Of a stretch of 64,000 nt of DNA, positions 13,194 through 25,507 are shown one piece after another; the stretch's first letter is position 1, and each line of letters opens with the position of its first letter. This stretch comes from Kudoa neothunni (lineage: Eukaryota; Animalia; Cnidaria). A model generated the notes under the pieces. That model saw only the letters and a list, made by a program, of their open reading frames with translations, did not search any database and had not been told where the DNA came from. The position numbers and the translations under genes were made by a program. Location: the NCBI GenBank assembly GCA_964304625.1, contig OZ199838.1, positions 12,715,843-12,779,842 on the forward strand, in the 5' to 3' direction.

Positions 13194-14143
13194 GATATTT
13201 TTAAAGATATTTGTAATCACTCCATATTCAAAAAATGGTAAACAGACGATTTATTATAAAATCGGAAGGTTTGCACACGCGCAAAAGGACGAATTTTTGG
13301 ATGTGGATACTCCCCATTACGCTTAATTTTTTATTTTAGCGACTCGTATACAGATTTAATTTTTTGAGAACCCATTATACAGTCGGTAATCGATTTTGCT
13401 TACTTTATGTAAATTTATTAAATTATGATTTTAAATATTTGTTTATATAAAGAAATATAGTCCAGTTAACGGTAATTTTGGTTCAAATAATTGACTGTAA
13501 ATGATACAAAATATATACCTCAAAATCACGTGGCTTACTGATTTTGCACAATTTTTGTATGCACTCTGTTGATCAATATAGAATTATTCCCAGACAAATT
13601 AAAAATATAACAACAAGCGAAAGTAGAATATAAGAACATTAGAGGAAAAATATAAAATCATAAAATATTTGAAAAACGTTAAGACAGCCACTGTAAAACA
13701 ATTCGACGTATCAAATATAGCAACCTCAAGTGGCTTTCTTTGAAAAAGGAATTAAATTTTCTCACTAGTTTAAAAAAGTGTAGATCATTTTTTATTTTTG
13801 GTAGAATTGGAAATTAATGTGTATATATTATAGTGGGTTGAAATACGACACAATTTAAAATAATTAATTTTTTCAAAAGTTGAAATTAAGTATTAATTGG
13901 GTTTCTAATTTGTTGTAGAATTTATATTCATTTGTATTGTATTATATCAAGAAAGGGGGTTATTTTTCCTTTTTCATTCCAAAAATGAGATATTAATTAT
14001 TATGTGCATACGCAAAAGTGTTTAATTATTTCTAGACCTTAGGAGCAAAGCGGGTGGGCCACTAATAATTAAATAAATATAACAACTAGTGACACTTTAA
14101 CCCTCTAACGAATTTGGGGTCTTAAACCTCAAAGTGATTTTAA

Positions 14144-16384
14144 CCTTCCAAGTAAAATGGGGTATTTTTATACCCCAGGCCTATTTAATCTTTAATTTTT
14201 TTACCTCTGTAACGGTGGAGTTAGTTGCGCTGTCGATAGGAGAAGCCATGATAAAATATACTCGAAAAACAATCTACTTAGATATCACTAATCTAAATCC
14301 GGTTGACGCGTGTCATCCGTTACAACCTCAAATCTAAGAGCAAAACTTTTTATATTCCATCTAATCTTCTAACGTTTTATAGTATATAATCTACTTGATG
14401 ATGAAAATTTTTTTGTTTTGTAAAATAAAATATAATGCACAAATACCCTCCGAGTAAAATTGGGGTATTTTTACATCCCACATTTTTTAGACTAAATTTT
14501 TTAGAATAAAAAATAATATTCATTCGGTAAATTTGATACATTTTCGTCACGATTTATTGTGTAAATAAACAAATATTACCGGGCATATTGCACTGTGCAT
14601 GAATCATCGGACGTTGGTGAAATGAGTTCGAGTGAATATAGCGACAGCTGTTCTGATACTGATTCTTCAGACATAGATTATTCCTTAATGCGTGATACGT
14701 CATCAGATAATTCGGAAATTGAAACCAATGCTCCATCTGACTCTCTAATAGATAAGAATGGAATCTTCTGGACAATCGAAAAACCCTCCACTTCTAGAAC
14801 TGCAATCGAAAATATTTCTACTAGTCGTACTGGTGTTTCGTCTTTCGTTCTGCAGAATTTAAATGCAATTATTGATACGTTTAAAGTGTTTTTTCACCAG
14901 GGAATATATGATTTAATTTTTAAAACATACAAATCAACAACCGTCGAAGAATTTTTTGGGTTAGAAGAGGGAAGACAAGTTTATCGTGACTTATTTTCTT
15001 TAAATAGATCCCGGCAAACCAAAAGAGCTCTTTATTTTGACGATTCGGAAACACCGGAGACAAGAAAACATTAGATAAATTTTACCACATTCGTGAACTC
15101 TGAGATATCTGGGTTGACTCGCTTATCCAGAGTTTTCGACCTTTTGAGGACCCTTGCATCGACGGTCAACTTGTGTCTTTTAGAGGTCGTTGTAAATTCA
15201 AACAATATATGCCAAAGAACTCTTCAAAATATGGCCTAAAGATTTTTCTAATAACTGACCCAAAGTCAATATTTGTTTCCAATGCAATTGTCTATTTGGG
15301 GAAGCGATCTCAAAATGATCCAAGGGCTGTGAATGTTGGGAGGAATATTGTTTTAGAGTTGGTGGAACCGATTGAACGTTCTAGTCGAGATGTGGTGTGC
15401 GATAATTTTTTCGTGTCAATTGAGTTATCGTATGAATTGTTACAAACAAAACTTATGATTTTTGGAACGATGCGTTCAAATGAGAGAGAGATACCGCCAT
15501 ATTTGAGGCCAGATAGAACGACTCCTCTTCATTCATCTCTTTGCTTTTAATAACAAAAAAATGATACTATCATATATGCTTTGTTCCTCCTCAACAAACA
15601 TCCAAATATCAAAACGAAAGCCATTTAAATCCGATGTCATACTGCATTATAATGCAGTATGACATGGAGCTGATACGATTTCCAGATTATTGGCAGCAAT
15701 AAATGTTAGATAAATAACTTGTCGTTGGCCGTTAATTGTTGTCTTTAACATGGTTTGATATCAGTCTGATTAATGTGTTTTGTATACACGAAAATTTATT
15801 CCCTTCTTCAAAATTACTCAGGAGGGAATTTTTGAAAATTATGGCAACCCAATTGACACATCGACTGCTTTTGAGACGGAAACAAAATATGACAGCTAGT
15901 GAAGACTCCACTGTCATATCTGTTATAACTGGACAAAGTAGTTATGGGATATGTCGATTTTGCGACAGGAATTATGATAGAAAAACCAAAATAAAATGCG
16001 ACATTTGTGCTTCATCTTGTTGCAAATTCCATTTCAATCATGTTTGTTTTAATTGTTTTAACCGATAACTTTGATGTCAATGTTGGCTTATTATTAATGT
16101 TATTCTTTTGCTCTTATATTTAATAGAATAATTCTAACGCTACTTAAAAGCTTTCCTAAATTAGAAAATAGGATCTTATGGACGTATTGTCAATACACAT
16201 TATACACCAGGTGATTAAATTTTGATTTCGCGCATGCACGTTGTGCTTAGCTAGAAATGTTGGTGTATAATTCCAAATTTAATGGATAACAAATTTTCAA
16301 ACTTTACAAAAATAATTATTTTTATATTCTGAATTGTTTGATGCAAAAAAATATGGGGTTTAAATTTTCAAGTGGCTTGGAAGG
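14144..16384 (+). mobile_element. piggyBac transposon (inner, transposase-bearing) inserted into a TTAA of the outer element
   Basis: TTAA|CCTTCCAAG ... CTTGGAAGG|TTAG, GGGGTA..TACCCC subterminal palindromes. Confidence 0.8.
14595..16068 (+). pseudogene. piggyBac (PGBD-type) transposase, degraded
   Basis: Acidic N-terminus, FRGRCKFKQYMPKNSSKYGLK, VCDNFF, GTMRSN, RRWP-like segment, C-terminal Cys-rich domain CRFC...CDIC..SCCKFH..VCFNC. Stops and deletions present. Confidence 0.92.
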
Positions 16385-18165
16385 TTAGACTGATTATAAT
16401 ATTTTAGGGATTCATTCAAAACACCTGAACTTCAATTAATTAATTTATTATTTACGATAATTACAACCTACTAAACTTTGAAAGAAATTAACGTTCTTTC
16501 GCTTTAATATAAAAATTTACACTCCAACGAAGATGGGGTCATTTGGATCCCGGTTTTTTATTCTACGATCATTATACAAGAAAATATTTCAAAATTCCTT
16601 GCAAATTTTAAGAAATTTCTAACGACAGAACTTTAAGAAAAATATGATTCATTGGACCAGTTAAATTCACCCAAACTCAAATCAGCAACCTAATATAACA
16701 TAACACTTCCTACAAGTTTACTGATTTTTAAAATCGAGCGTGATAATTTTTTGTGTTTAAATTAGATAATATAATATTAGTTTCCGCAAAATTATTATTA
16801 GTTAATATCAAAGGATAACCAAGTAATTAAAACATCTGATCCATGCTATTTCTGAGAAATCTAAATAATGTAATTTAATTTGAAGAAAATATTCTGAAAA
16901 TTTTAACTCGCCAAAATGACAAAACACAAACACTCATTGCATTAGTTGTCATTAGGTGCGAAGGGTATTTCAGTGGATTTCGTTCTTTGAGTAAGTATAA
17001 TCAATATTCAAAAAAATTTTTGGTTTTTCTATTTTTTTGTTTCTCTATAGTTTGAAAAAATTGTTTATTTTTTAAATAAAATTCACGAAACAATACATGT
17101 TTACAGAATAAGATTTTAAAGGATTAATTGGTTCAATGAATCAACTTTTTCACAAAATTCTATCGGTATTAATCACTTAAACTTTGTGCAAAATTTTGAA
17201 ATAATTTTTTCCAACTATCGTAAAAGAAAATCCTGAGATCTAAAAGACCCCACGTTCGTTGGAGTGTAGTCGTTTTTGTGTACCTTAAAGGTTTAATATT
17301 TATTTACCAAAAAAATAACTGCTATAATAAATTTCCTCCATACATCTAAGTTACACGCCCTCGAATTAAAAATCACTATCAATTATTTTACCAATTCTTT
17401 AATATAAAATAATAAAAAACAGCTCCTTTTTTTACATATTGGATTAATGATATTACGACAGTAAATATTTCTTGATAAACCTCGATGAGTCATCAGTCAT
17501 CACTAAGAAAAATATTGTAATTGTTTACACATATGCATGCTTAACGGAATAAATGGTTCACACATTGTAATTTTATCTATGTGGGAACCTTTTATTGCAT
17601 CAAACCGTGGAATTTCTGAATGAAAACAACTTTTCCACATTTTTCATCAAGCAGTCTAGACAAAAATATGTGTCGTGATTATTTCCTTTGTCACCAAATA
17701 GTTTGTTTGGTTTCGGGTGCCAAATATACACTAAAGTGTGAATCTTCTGGAAAAATATCGCAATATCAAATATTTGGTAGAACTAAGTCGATATTCATTA
17801 TATATCCTCATAAAATTATTTCTAAATTATTCTACTTACTTTAAAACATAAATATTTTTATCGCTGTTCCAATATTGAGATATTGAGATACTGAGATGTG
17901 CGGGTTACTATAATAAATACCTTAAAATCCATGACCATGTGCACGCAATGCCAATACCAATCGATGCATCGACAATCAAATAGCATCAATTGTTTCCACT
18001 CTAAGACCATCATCAGCAATTTAACCTTCCCTTATTACATCCACGTAGCGTATTCGATCTTTAAGTAGATTAATTGAAAATTATAAAGTGCTAATTCACA
18101 TATAAGCCGGTTAGTTGACTCATATTTGAGGTTGCTCAAGTTGTTCTAATCAATTTTGAATAATA

Positions 18166-21100
18166 ATGGCAGTCAACGTTGTTGGTCTTATTGGAATCAT
18201 CTTCTTCTACTTTTTTATTACTTCTTTGGGGATTCTGCTGACATATCGCCGACATTGGTTGATCAAATTATGGAGAACATTGAAAAGTTGTGTTTTCTGC
18301 AAATTGTGTCGCAAACGGCCCATTGAAAGGGAGCCAACCAACACCGATTTCGATGCTAACAATACTGCAATGAAAGAAAATGGTGTTGATGTGGAGCCAG
18401 ACAGCCCTAAAGATATAGCACTTGCTGGAAGATCTATTGGTTTAATCATTGGAAGTTTCACATTGACGGGTAAAATTTTTTCTTCTGTTGCTTTGGCATC
18501 GGTAAAATTGCGTTTATCGACTCAAAAATTTCCAATTAAGTCCTTAATTGTTTAAAACCGATCAGCTAGATTTAAACTTTTATTGAAATAATATATTACA
18601 TTCAAATAGTTTTTAATGATAATTCCAACGTTATAAAAACAATATATTGAGGTAAGATGAAATTATTTTTCTACCATTTAATCAAATAATCTTATTCATA
18701 CAAATTTCGGAAGATTCGTTTGAGTGTGTAACAGTGTAAATCCATAATTAAAGTGCTTACGATTTTTACTTTGTGATAACGCCTAATTAACACTTTGAAG
18801 TTATGTTTATATTTAAATTTACATAATTTATGGTGTCATATTATATCACAGGTTTATTCTATGTTATATTTGCAAGACGTGAATTTCATGCGAGGGCATA
18901 AAACTCAAATTATGTTGTTCAAACTTAGCAAAAATTAAATATCAATGAGTAATATGACATTTAAGAGGTTCATACAATTTCTTGCTATATGTTGAGAATA
19001 TTATTGATATAAATTGGGTATCATTAACAGCTATGATTCCTTTACTTGGTGATTTAAATCTAACTCATTAGTTTTCAATATTTATTCCTCTCCCAAAGAA
19101 TAAATGTGGCATTCAAACGACTCTTAAAATTCTATGATTTGTGATTTATTTTCTAATATTAAAAATAAGACATTGTTTTTAATTTGATCATTTTTTGTAT
19201 TCTCAAGATTAGATTCTTTTCAGTTTAGCGTTAAAATACCGTTACACGCGCACGTACTGGATTTGAATATTGTCGGATACCGGTTTTACGCACATTTTAA
19301 AAATGATAAAATTTGAATAGTTGATATACAATTAATGTAAATTTTTTTATAAACATATTATTTGAAAAATTTAGATATAAACAATATTTTAAGGTAAAAT
19401 TTTCCTCAATGTTGATTTCGTGATTAACGGGATCTTTACGTGGTTTTCTTAACAAATATTGTTTGAAAAATTGATTAACTAAATTTAACGGCAAAAACGT
19501 TAATCGAATAATAGAATAACAGAACAATTGAGGGAAAATATAACATAATACTTCTGCCTTGTTTTATATTAAAATGTATAATCTACCATTATAAAGCAAT
19601 TTAACTTTCCCTCCATGTGGATTACAAGGGTTGTAATCCACCAACCACTTATGCGCGACCGAGGGCAATGCGGTATGTCACCACCGCCTATTAATGCTAA
19701 TAACACAGGTTTGAATCCCAGTTCGGACCTTGTTTTACATTCCATATCCATCCTTAATAGCTTCTTAAAGAAGACTATACTTTTTTTAAATGTTTAAAAA
19801 CCACTAATGACTCGTTATGCGTCCTTAGTTTATTCAATTGAACAATTAATTTTATATTTTTCACTAAAATAGATCGATCATAATAACTTCATCGAGGAAA
19901 TATATACGTATAATAATTTCAAAAATCAAGTTAGTCCGATTGAAATAACTAGTTTTTCTATTTTGGATGCAATTAATTGTTTAAATTTATGAAATTTAAT
20001 TATATTAAGTAGCTATTTAATCATCACAGGTGCGTAAACTGGCAACCTACTATATTTCTGTAATTCCACTTGTCATTCCTTTGTTATTTTTCTCTGACTA
20101 ACATACATTCGATTAATGCTACCAAATATGAATTAAAGAAACGTAAATTAATCTAGAGCTAAATTTAAAAGAACAATGAATACAAAAGTATAGAGTTCTT
20201 AGAGTGCTTGTTTTATATTTTCGTGCATAGATCAACAACCATTTTTATTGTCTATTCTAGATGAGGTTAAATCAACTTTTAATGATTTTGTATTCAATCG
20301 TTGGGTTTTAATCCTAAATTTAAGATTTTTTTAACGCTTCTTCGATAATAATCGCTGTTTTCAAAAAGTTGACTGTTCTTTATTATAATATTCCTAAATG
20401 AAACGGTATTCTCTTTAAAAAAATTTATTTTGTGAGAAGTTTGATAATACTTTCTTCAATAAACTCTAAAAACCATAAGTTTATTTGAATAATTTAAATG
20501 CGAAATTTTTCTAAGTTTACGTGCTCTTGTTTTTGTTTTGCTTACACACAGCTGTCAAATTGAGTTGTTCTCAAATTTAACAACAAAACAATTTGAATTC
20601 ACCTGATTTATTATTAACTTTTTTAGCCGGTTGGGTTGGAGGTTCATTTATAACTGGCACAACCGAGGAAGTCTTTAGAAGTGGCCTTTTATGGACACCA
20701 GCACCTTTCGCCTATTCGCTTAGTCTACTAATCGGTATATGAAAATCGTATTTATCCATTAGCTTATGTATCCTTATGATAAAGGGGGATTGATGTTTTC
20801 TAAAATTATGCGAAAAAACAATTATGTCACTATGCTTGATCCATTTCAACACAGATATGGCAATGTTATTGGCAGTGTTTTCTTGTTGCCGGCTTTTATA
20901 GCTGAAGTGTTCTGGTCTTTGTCACTACTGATGTCACTGGCTACCATCCTTAGTGTGGTTGTTGAAATCAGAATGGAAATCTCCGTAGCAATATCTGCCC
21001 TGGTTGCTGTTTTGTATACAATGTTTGGAGGGTTGTCATTGCTTGCTAACACTGACCTCATACAACTATCACTTATATTTCTGAGTTTGGTAAGTCACCC

Positions 21101-22326
21101 AAGTTTAGGATCACTTTACTAGCTTTAATACGCTTATTGTGATTTAATTCTAGTGGATATGCATTCCTATATTGATGACCAACAAAAATGTGGGTAGTAT
21201 CTCAAAAAATGCAAGAGTATGGCTGGCCAAGGAACCACTAAAGCCTCAGTCAATTGCGAAATGGTTGGACGATATTGTCTACCTTGTAATTATTAGACTT
21301 CGGTCTTAAGCCAGATAAACAATTGTTACTGTTAGATATTTGGAGGTATTCCGTGGCAAACTTATTTTCAAAAAATCCTATCTTGTAAATCAACCAAGGT
21401 AGCCTACCAACTTTCTTTCACAGCGTCTTTGTTCTGTTTGTTAATGTCCATCCCACCAGTGCTGATTGGTGCAGTAACTGCATCTACTAGTAATAGATTT
21501 TTATTATTGTTGTCTAAAACAATTTCATATTCCCCACTCTTATAGAATGGGAAATGTATACACTGCCCACTAACTTTTCCGAATCAATTAATAATGGTCC
21601 TACAGTGCCCATACCTGAATATGCGCTTCCAATAACTTTTCTTTATCTTTTACCCCCAGCATTTTTATTTTTATGTTTGGGTTCGTTGGCAGCGTCCACC
21701 ATTTCCAGCACCAACTCATCAATATTAAGTGCATCAACAATGATGTCACACAATCTCTACAAAAATGTTATTCGCAAAAATGTGTGATTTTTTTTAATTT
21801 TTCAGTTGCTCATTGTTTCAATTATTTGTTATAGGCATCACCCAGAGAAATCTCCATTGTACTTCGAGTAGTAATTTTATTTACTGGCTTATTTGCTGTT
21901 GGCCTTTCCTATGTGGAAACTTCTGTGTATTCATTGTGGTATCTGTCGTCGGATTTGGTGTATGTGATACTGTTCCCCCGATTGTGCTGCGTTGTCTACT
22001 TTAAATTTACCAACAGTTACGGTGGCGTAATTGGTTCGTTGGTTTCAGTTACTTTAAGATTTCTTTGTGGTGAAAAGACTCTTAAAATACCTGCGGTTAT
22101 CAATCTGCCACCACACAACATTATCGGTGAATCTCAATTTCCTTTCAAGACATGTGCCATGTTGATTGGATTTTGTTTGGATATGTCCATCTCTTGGTTA
22201 GCATATGATCTGTTCGTAGTAAAGAAAATCAACCCCAAATATGATTTCTTGAAAATGCTCAAATCGCCTGATTTCTCTAAAAGTAATTCGATGAAAGGTT
22301 CTCCTATTGATCACAACATCGAATAA
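18166..22326 (+). CDS. SLC5A7: High-affinity choline transporter 1-like (SSS family), 7 exons: 18166-18469, 20627-20734, 20785-21089, 21154-21285, 21336-21489, 21546-21781, 21835-22326
   Basis: GT-AG splicing gives LAGRSIG..FTLTAGWVGG, YVTMLDPFQHRYG, TDLIQL, FGGIPWQTYFQ, SSILSAS, LWYLSSDLVYVILFP, QFPFKT, all typical of CHT1. Confidence 0.93.
19613..19750 (+). repeat. Hairpin + tRNA-like dispersed repeat (SINE-like), copy 1, in SLC5A7 intron 1
   Basis: GTGGATTACAA-GGG-TTGTAATCCAC hairpin, then a tRNA-like unit with B-box-like GGTTTGAATCCC. Clearly similar to 36160-36372 on the minus strand. Confidence 0.65.
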
Positions 22327-22689
22327 CCTCAATAGGATGTATTGACTCCGGTTCCTCTCAGGAATTTTACCACACTCCATTGCTTTGATAGTGATCTTTG
22401 TAGTTATTCCCTATCCAATTTCAATCAGTATCATTTACTATTTTCCAATATATATTGTTGATTTTTTGAATTGATAAGCTTTTGTGCTATTGTCACTTCC
22501 AATCTGTAGAGGGTTGAGGTTTCTATACACTTAGTATCACGCTGTATTTGTCTCTGTCTGTCTCCAAATCAAACAGAATATTTCCTATTTTTATTAAAAT
22601 ATCATTATTTCTAGTTCTAAATGACATGAATTTTTGTATTTCAGATTTTTAGCTATCATTAATTTATTATTATATGATATGAAACTGAA

Positions 22690-24628
22690 CCCTCCGATAC
22701 CCAGGAAAAAAACTTACGCGCACTTCTGGAGGTGGACACTGTGTCTACTCCCCAAAAAACATTGAAATATATAAATGAACAATGAATGATTTGGTAAACC
22801 CTGTTTTACAATTTATTAACTTTATTCTCTGTTTATCACAGGTGAATTGATCGCATGTACTGCAGTTTGTGCGTCATCCTTTATTGGGAGGTTTGTTAGA
22901 AATACCATAATGTCCGCATTTTCTGGTCCCATCGTTTGTCTTTTCATTGTTATTTTGTATAATTGTTTTAAATTCCCCTAAAAGTTCTACTGACAGCTTT
23001 TAGAGGAATTATCTTTTGTATTGAAACTTGTATTTACTAAGAAATTGAGGGTCCTAGTTCCATGCAATTGAAATGCATTGTGTGCTGCCGCGTCTGTCAT
23101 GTTGTATAATACAGCTATTATCCAGCGTCTAGTACAGTAAGTCTCAACATTTTCGATCTTAGCCAACCCCTCCTTTTTAGGATAATAACTTTTTTCCCGT
23201 GTCTTTTTATGATTAATCCGTGAAATCCTCAGATAAAAATATATTTTTATGCAAACTAATCATTATATTAAATATTATACATAAATATTTATACGTGAAG
23301 GGACGAATTATCGATGTGTGAATTAATAAATGTACATTTAAAATTAATTATATACTCGTTTGTATCGTAAAAATTTTTTCATTAATTCTTCAGTTTAAAA
23401 AATAAATGATTTGAATCGAAAAGTTAATTATTTTAAATACTTGTTAGTATTCATAGAAATCTTTGTGGTTAAATAAAAGTAGGAAACTTCCTCATAGTAT
23501 TGTTGGATCTGGTAAAAACTTAGCGAAGAGCGAACAATAAGAAATTTCCACACCTGTCGAATCCCTGGAACTAGCTTACTGAACCCTAAGGGTTTGGTTG
23601 AATCCCAGTTGGGAATCACTGACGTAAAAATTTTAGTTTATATCAAAGATATTTCTAGAATTTGTTCGACTTTCGATTCGTGTTGGTTGTGAATATTACT
23701 TGTTATCGTGCTCCCCACCGCAGGAATGACGTTTGATGAGTCCTCGATTTCTATATCGCTGTCAAAATCAGCGTTATCGTCATCATCGTTAATGGGTCCA
23801 TAAATAATTGTCTATCTCTGCAATATTTTCGGATCAACTTATATCAGAATCTCCTGATGAAATAAATATAAAACCCTCGTCATTATTTACTATTAGGCTG
23901 ATGACCTCCTACGAAAATCCCGTTTTACCCAAAAAATGGCATGGAATATTCCAGAATAATGGAGAATAGCATGGGCGTATCGGTAAAGTTTGAGAATATA
24001 TTAGAAAATTCTGGGAAAATATAAAAACTAAGATAACTCCGTGATTGATTAGATAATCGCACAGTTCACGATCATTCATAGACATATTTTGTCTCAATCG
24101 AATACACATAAAAATGTATGCTCAAGTAAAAATAAAAACAAAAATTAAGTTTCTTTACTAGTTCCATTTATTAAAACCTCATTTTCATGAAATTTATAAT
24201 GCATTATCTAGAAAACCATTGGGATATACTGGAGGGTCACTCCCTTAAACGCTTGGAAGTGAACATTCCTTTTAGAATTTGTGAAATTATGACTCGTTTT
24301 AACCGGACTAACTTTAATTGAAAGTATAAAATATTTCGTTTGGAGTGGGTACGTAAAATATAAATATTATGAAACTTTTATTAGGATTGTAAATTTAAAA
24401 CGCACTTTGCTGAATGGTGCGCCGCCTCTAGGCATGCGCAGAACTTTTTTTTAAATCAACGATTTATATATCTTAGACTTTCAAAAATTGGCTAGAATTT
24501 AACAAACTAAATGAAAATTTCATTTAGATAAAATTCAAGAAATATAAATATTAAATGGATTTAAAAAGGATATTATATTTTAAGAAACCCACTATAGTGG
24601 ACACTGTCCACGTCCAGGCATCGGAGGG
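22690..24628 (-). mobile_element. piggyBac transposon, internally deleted
   Basis: TGAA|CCCTCCGATACC ... GGCATCGGAGGG|TTAA, GTGGACAC subterminal repeats. Minus-strand remnants CTRRWIIAVLYNMTDAAAHNAF and NCSTCDQFTCDK, plus an acidic N-terminal segment. Confidence 0.85.
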
Positions 24629-25507
24629 TTAAACACAAAGAAAGTTTAGGTTATGGTACGAAAAAAATATAGCACACTATAATCTAAGCCTCAGTATACA
24701 ATATTCAATGAATATAACGCATCTTTTTAATATTCTTAGTTTCTCTATTTTCTTTATTTTTCACAATTTAATAATTCCACTTATAATTTATCCTATACAT
24801 GTCAACTAAATGTGAGTTGATTGCAAATAGAAAATATCGAGACAATAATGACTGAGTATATCATCAAAATAGATTCAGCCAAGAGTAAAAGATGAGTTAT
24901 TTAAGAATCAAAATTGCAGCCTGCAACATAAATTATAAGATTAAATGATAAGGTTCGGGAATTTATACTAATTTCGTTATATATTATTCACTGGAAGTCA
25001 AAAATAGATGTAGAGTCTACATGAAATTTTAGAATTACGTCGCACGAATTTTATTTAATTTTACGAAAAAGCAGTATATCTTATTTTAAAATTAATGTAA
25101 ATAATCGAAATATCCGAGTCTTAAACCAAGTTAATACAAAATCTAAGAGCGTTTAATTATTTCTGGCCCGCCGCTGCGCTCTTAGGGGTCAGAGATAATG
25201 ACATCCTACTATTATACATCGCACCAACAACCTCTGACAGAAGAAATACAATACCAAGTAAATTCATCCTCGATCCACACTGTAAAACTGGCACATACAA
25301 ATAAATGGATGTTACGTCGTCATAACATATAACACTTCCTGATATTTAAAAATGCGCAATTATTTAAATTTTTCTTGAAGCAAATGAAAATAAATTTTGA
25401 AATTATTTAACCGAAATAACATCTCTTATTTTAAATTCACAAAAATTAAGAGTAATATTTTTATTGATCAAAGATGTAGAGATGAGTTTGAATGTGGAAA
25501 ATTTAGT

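Larger units (their letters stand above)
5630..13321 (+). mobile_element. Merlin DNA transposon with ~190-bp TIRs, hosting nested pogo, Gypsy and solo-LTR insertions
   Basis: 5630-~5820 (GGTAATAGGAG...CACAACT) is the inverted copy of ~13050-13321 once the solo LTR is removed. The terminus resembles the GGTAATGG end of the first Merlin. Confidence 0.85.
14101..17292 (+). mobile_element. Non-autonomous piggyBac (outer element, ~0.95 kb of own sequence)
   Basis: TTAA|CCCTCTAACG...GGGGTC left end, internal repeat at ~16519, right end GACCCC..GTTGGAG.TAGTCGTTTTTGTG..AGGT|TTAA. Same layout as 34657-35879. Confidence 0.75.

Noticed and set aside
19576-19705. HDV-like ribozyme in the hairpin/tRNA-like repeat (CCTCCATGTGG, GG, GCTAA motifs)
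   Set aside because: No P2 pairing could be found, P3 is mismatched, and copy 2 lacks the upstream part.
19657-19729. Functional tRNA gene
   Set aside because: The T-stem and anticodon arm do not pair and the two copies diverge freely, so it is treated as a tRNA-derived repeat.
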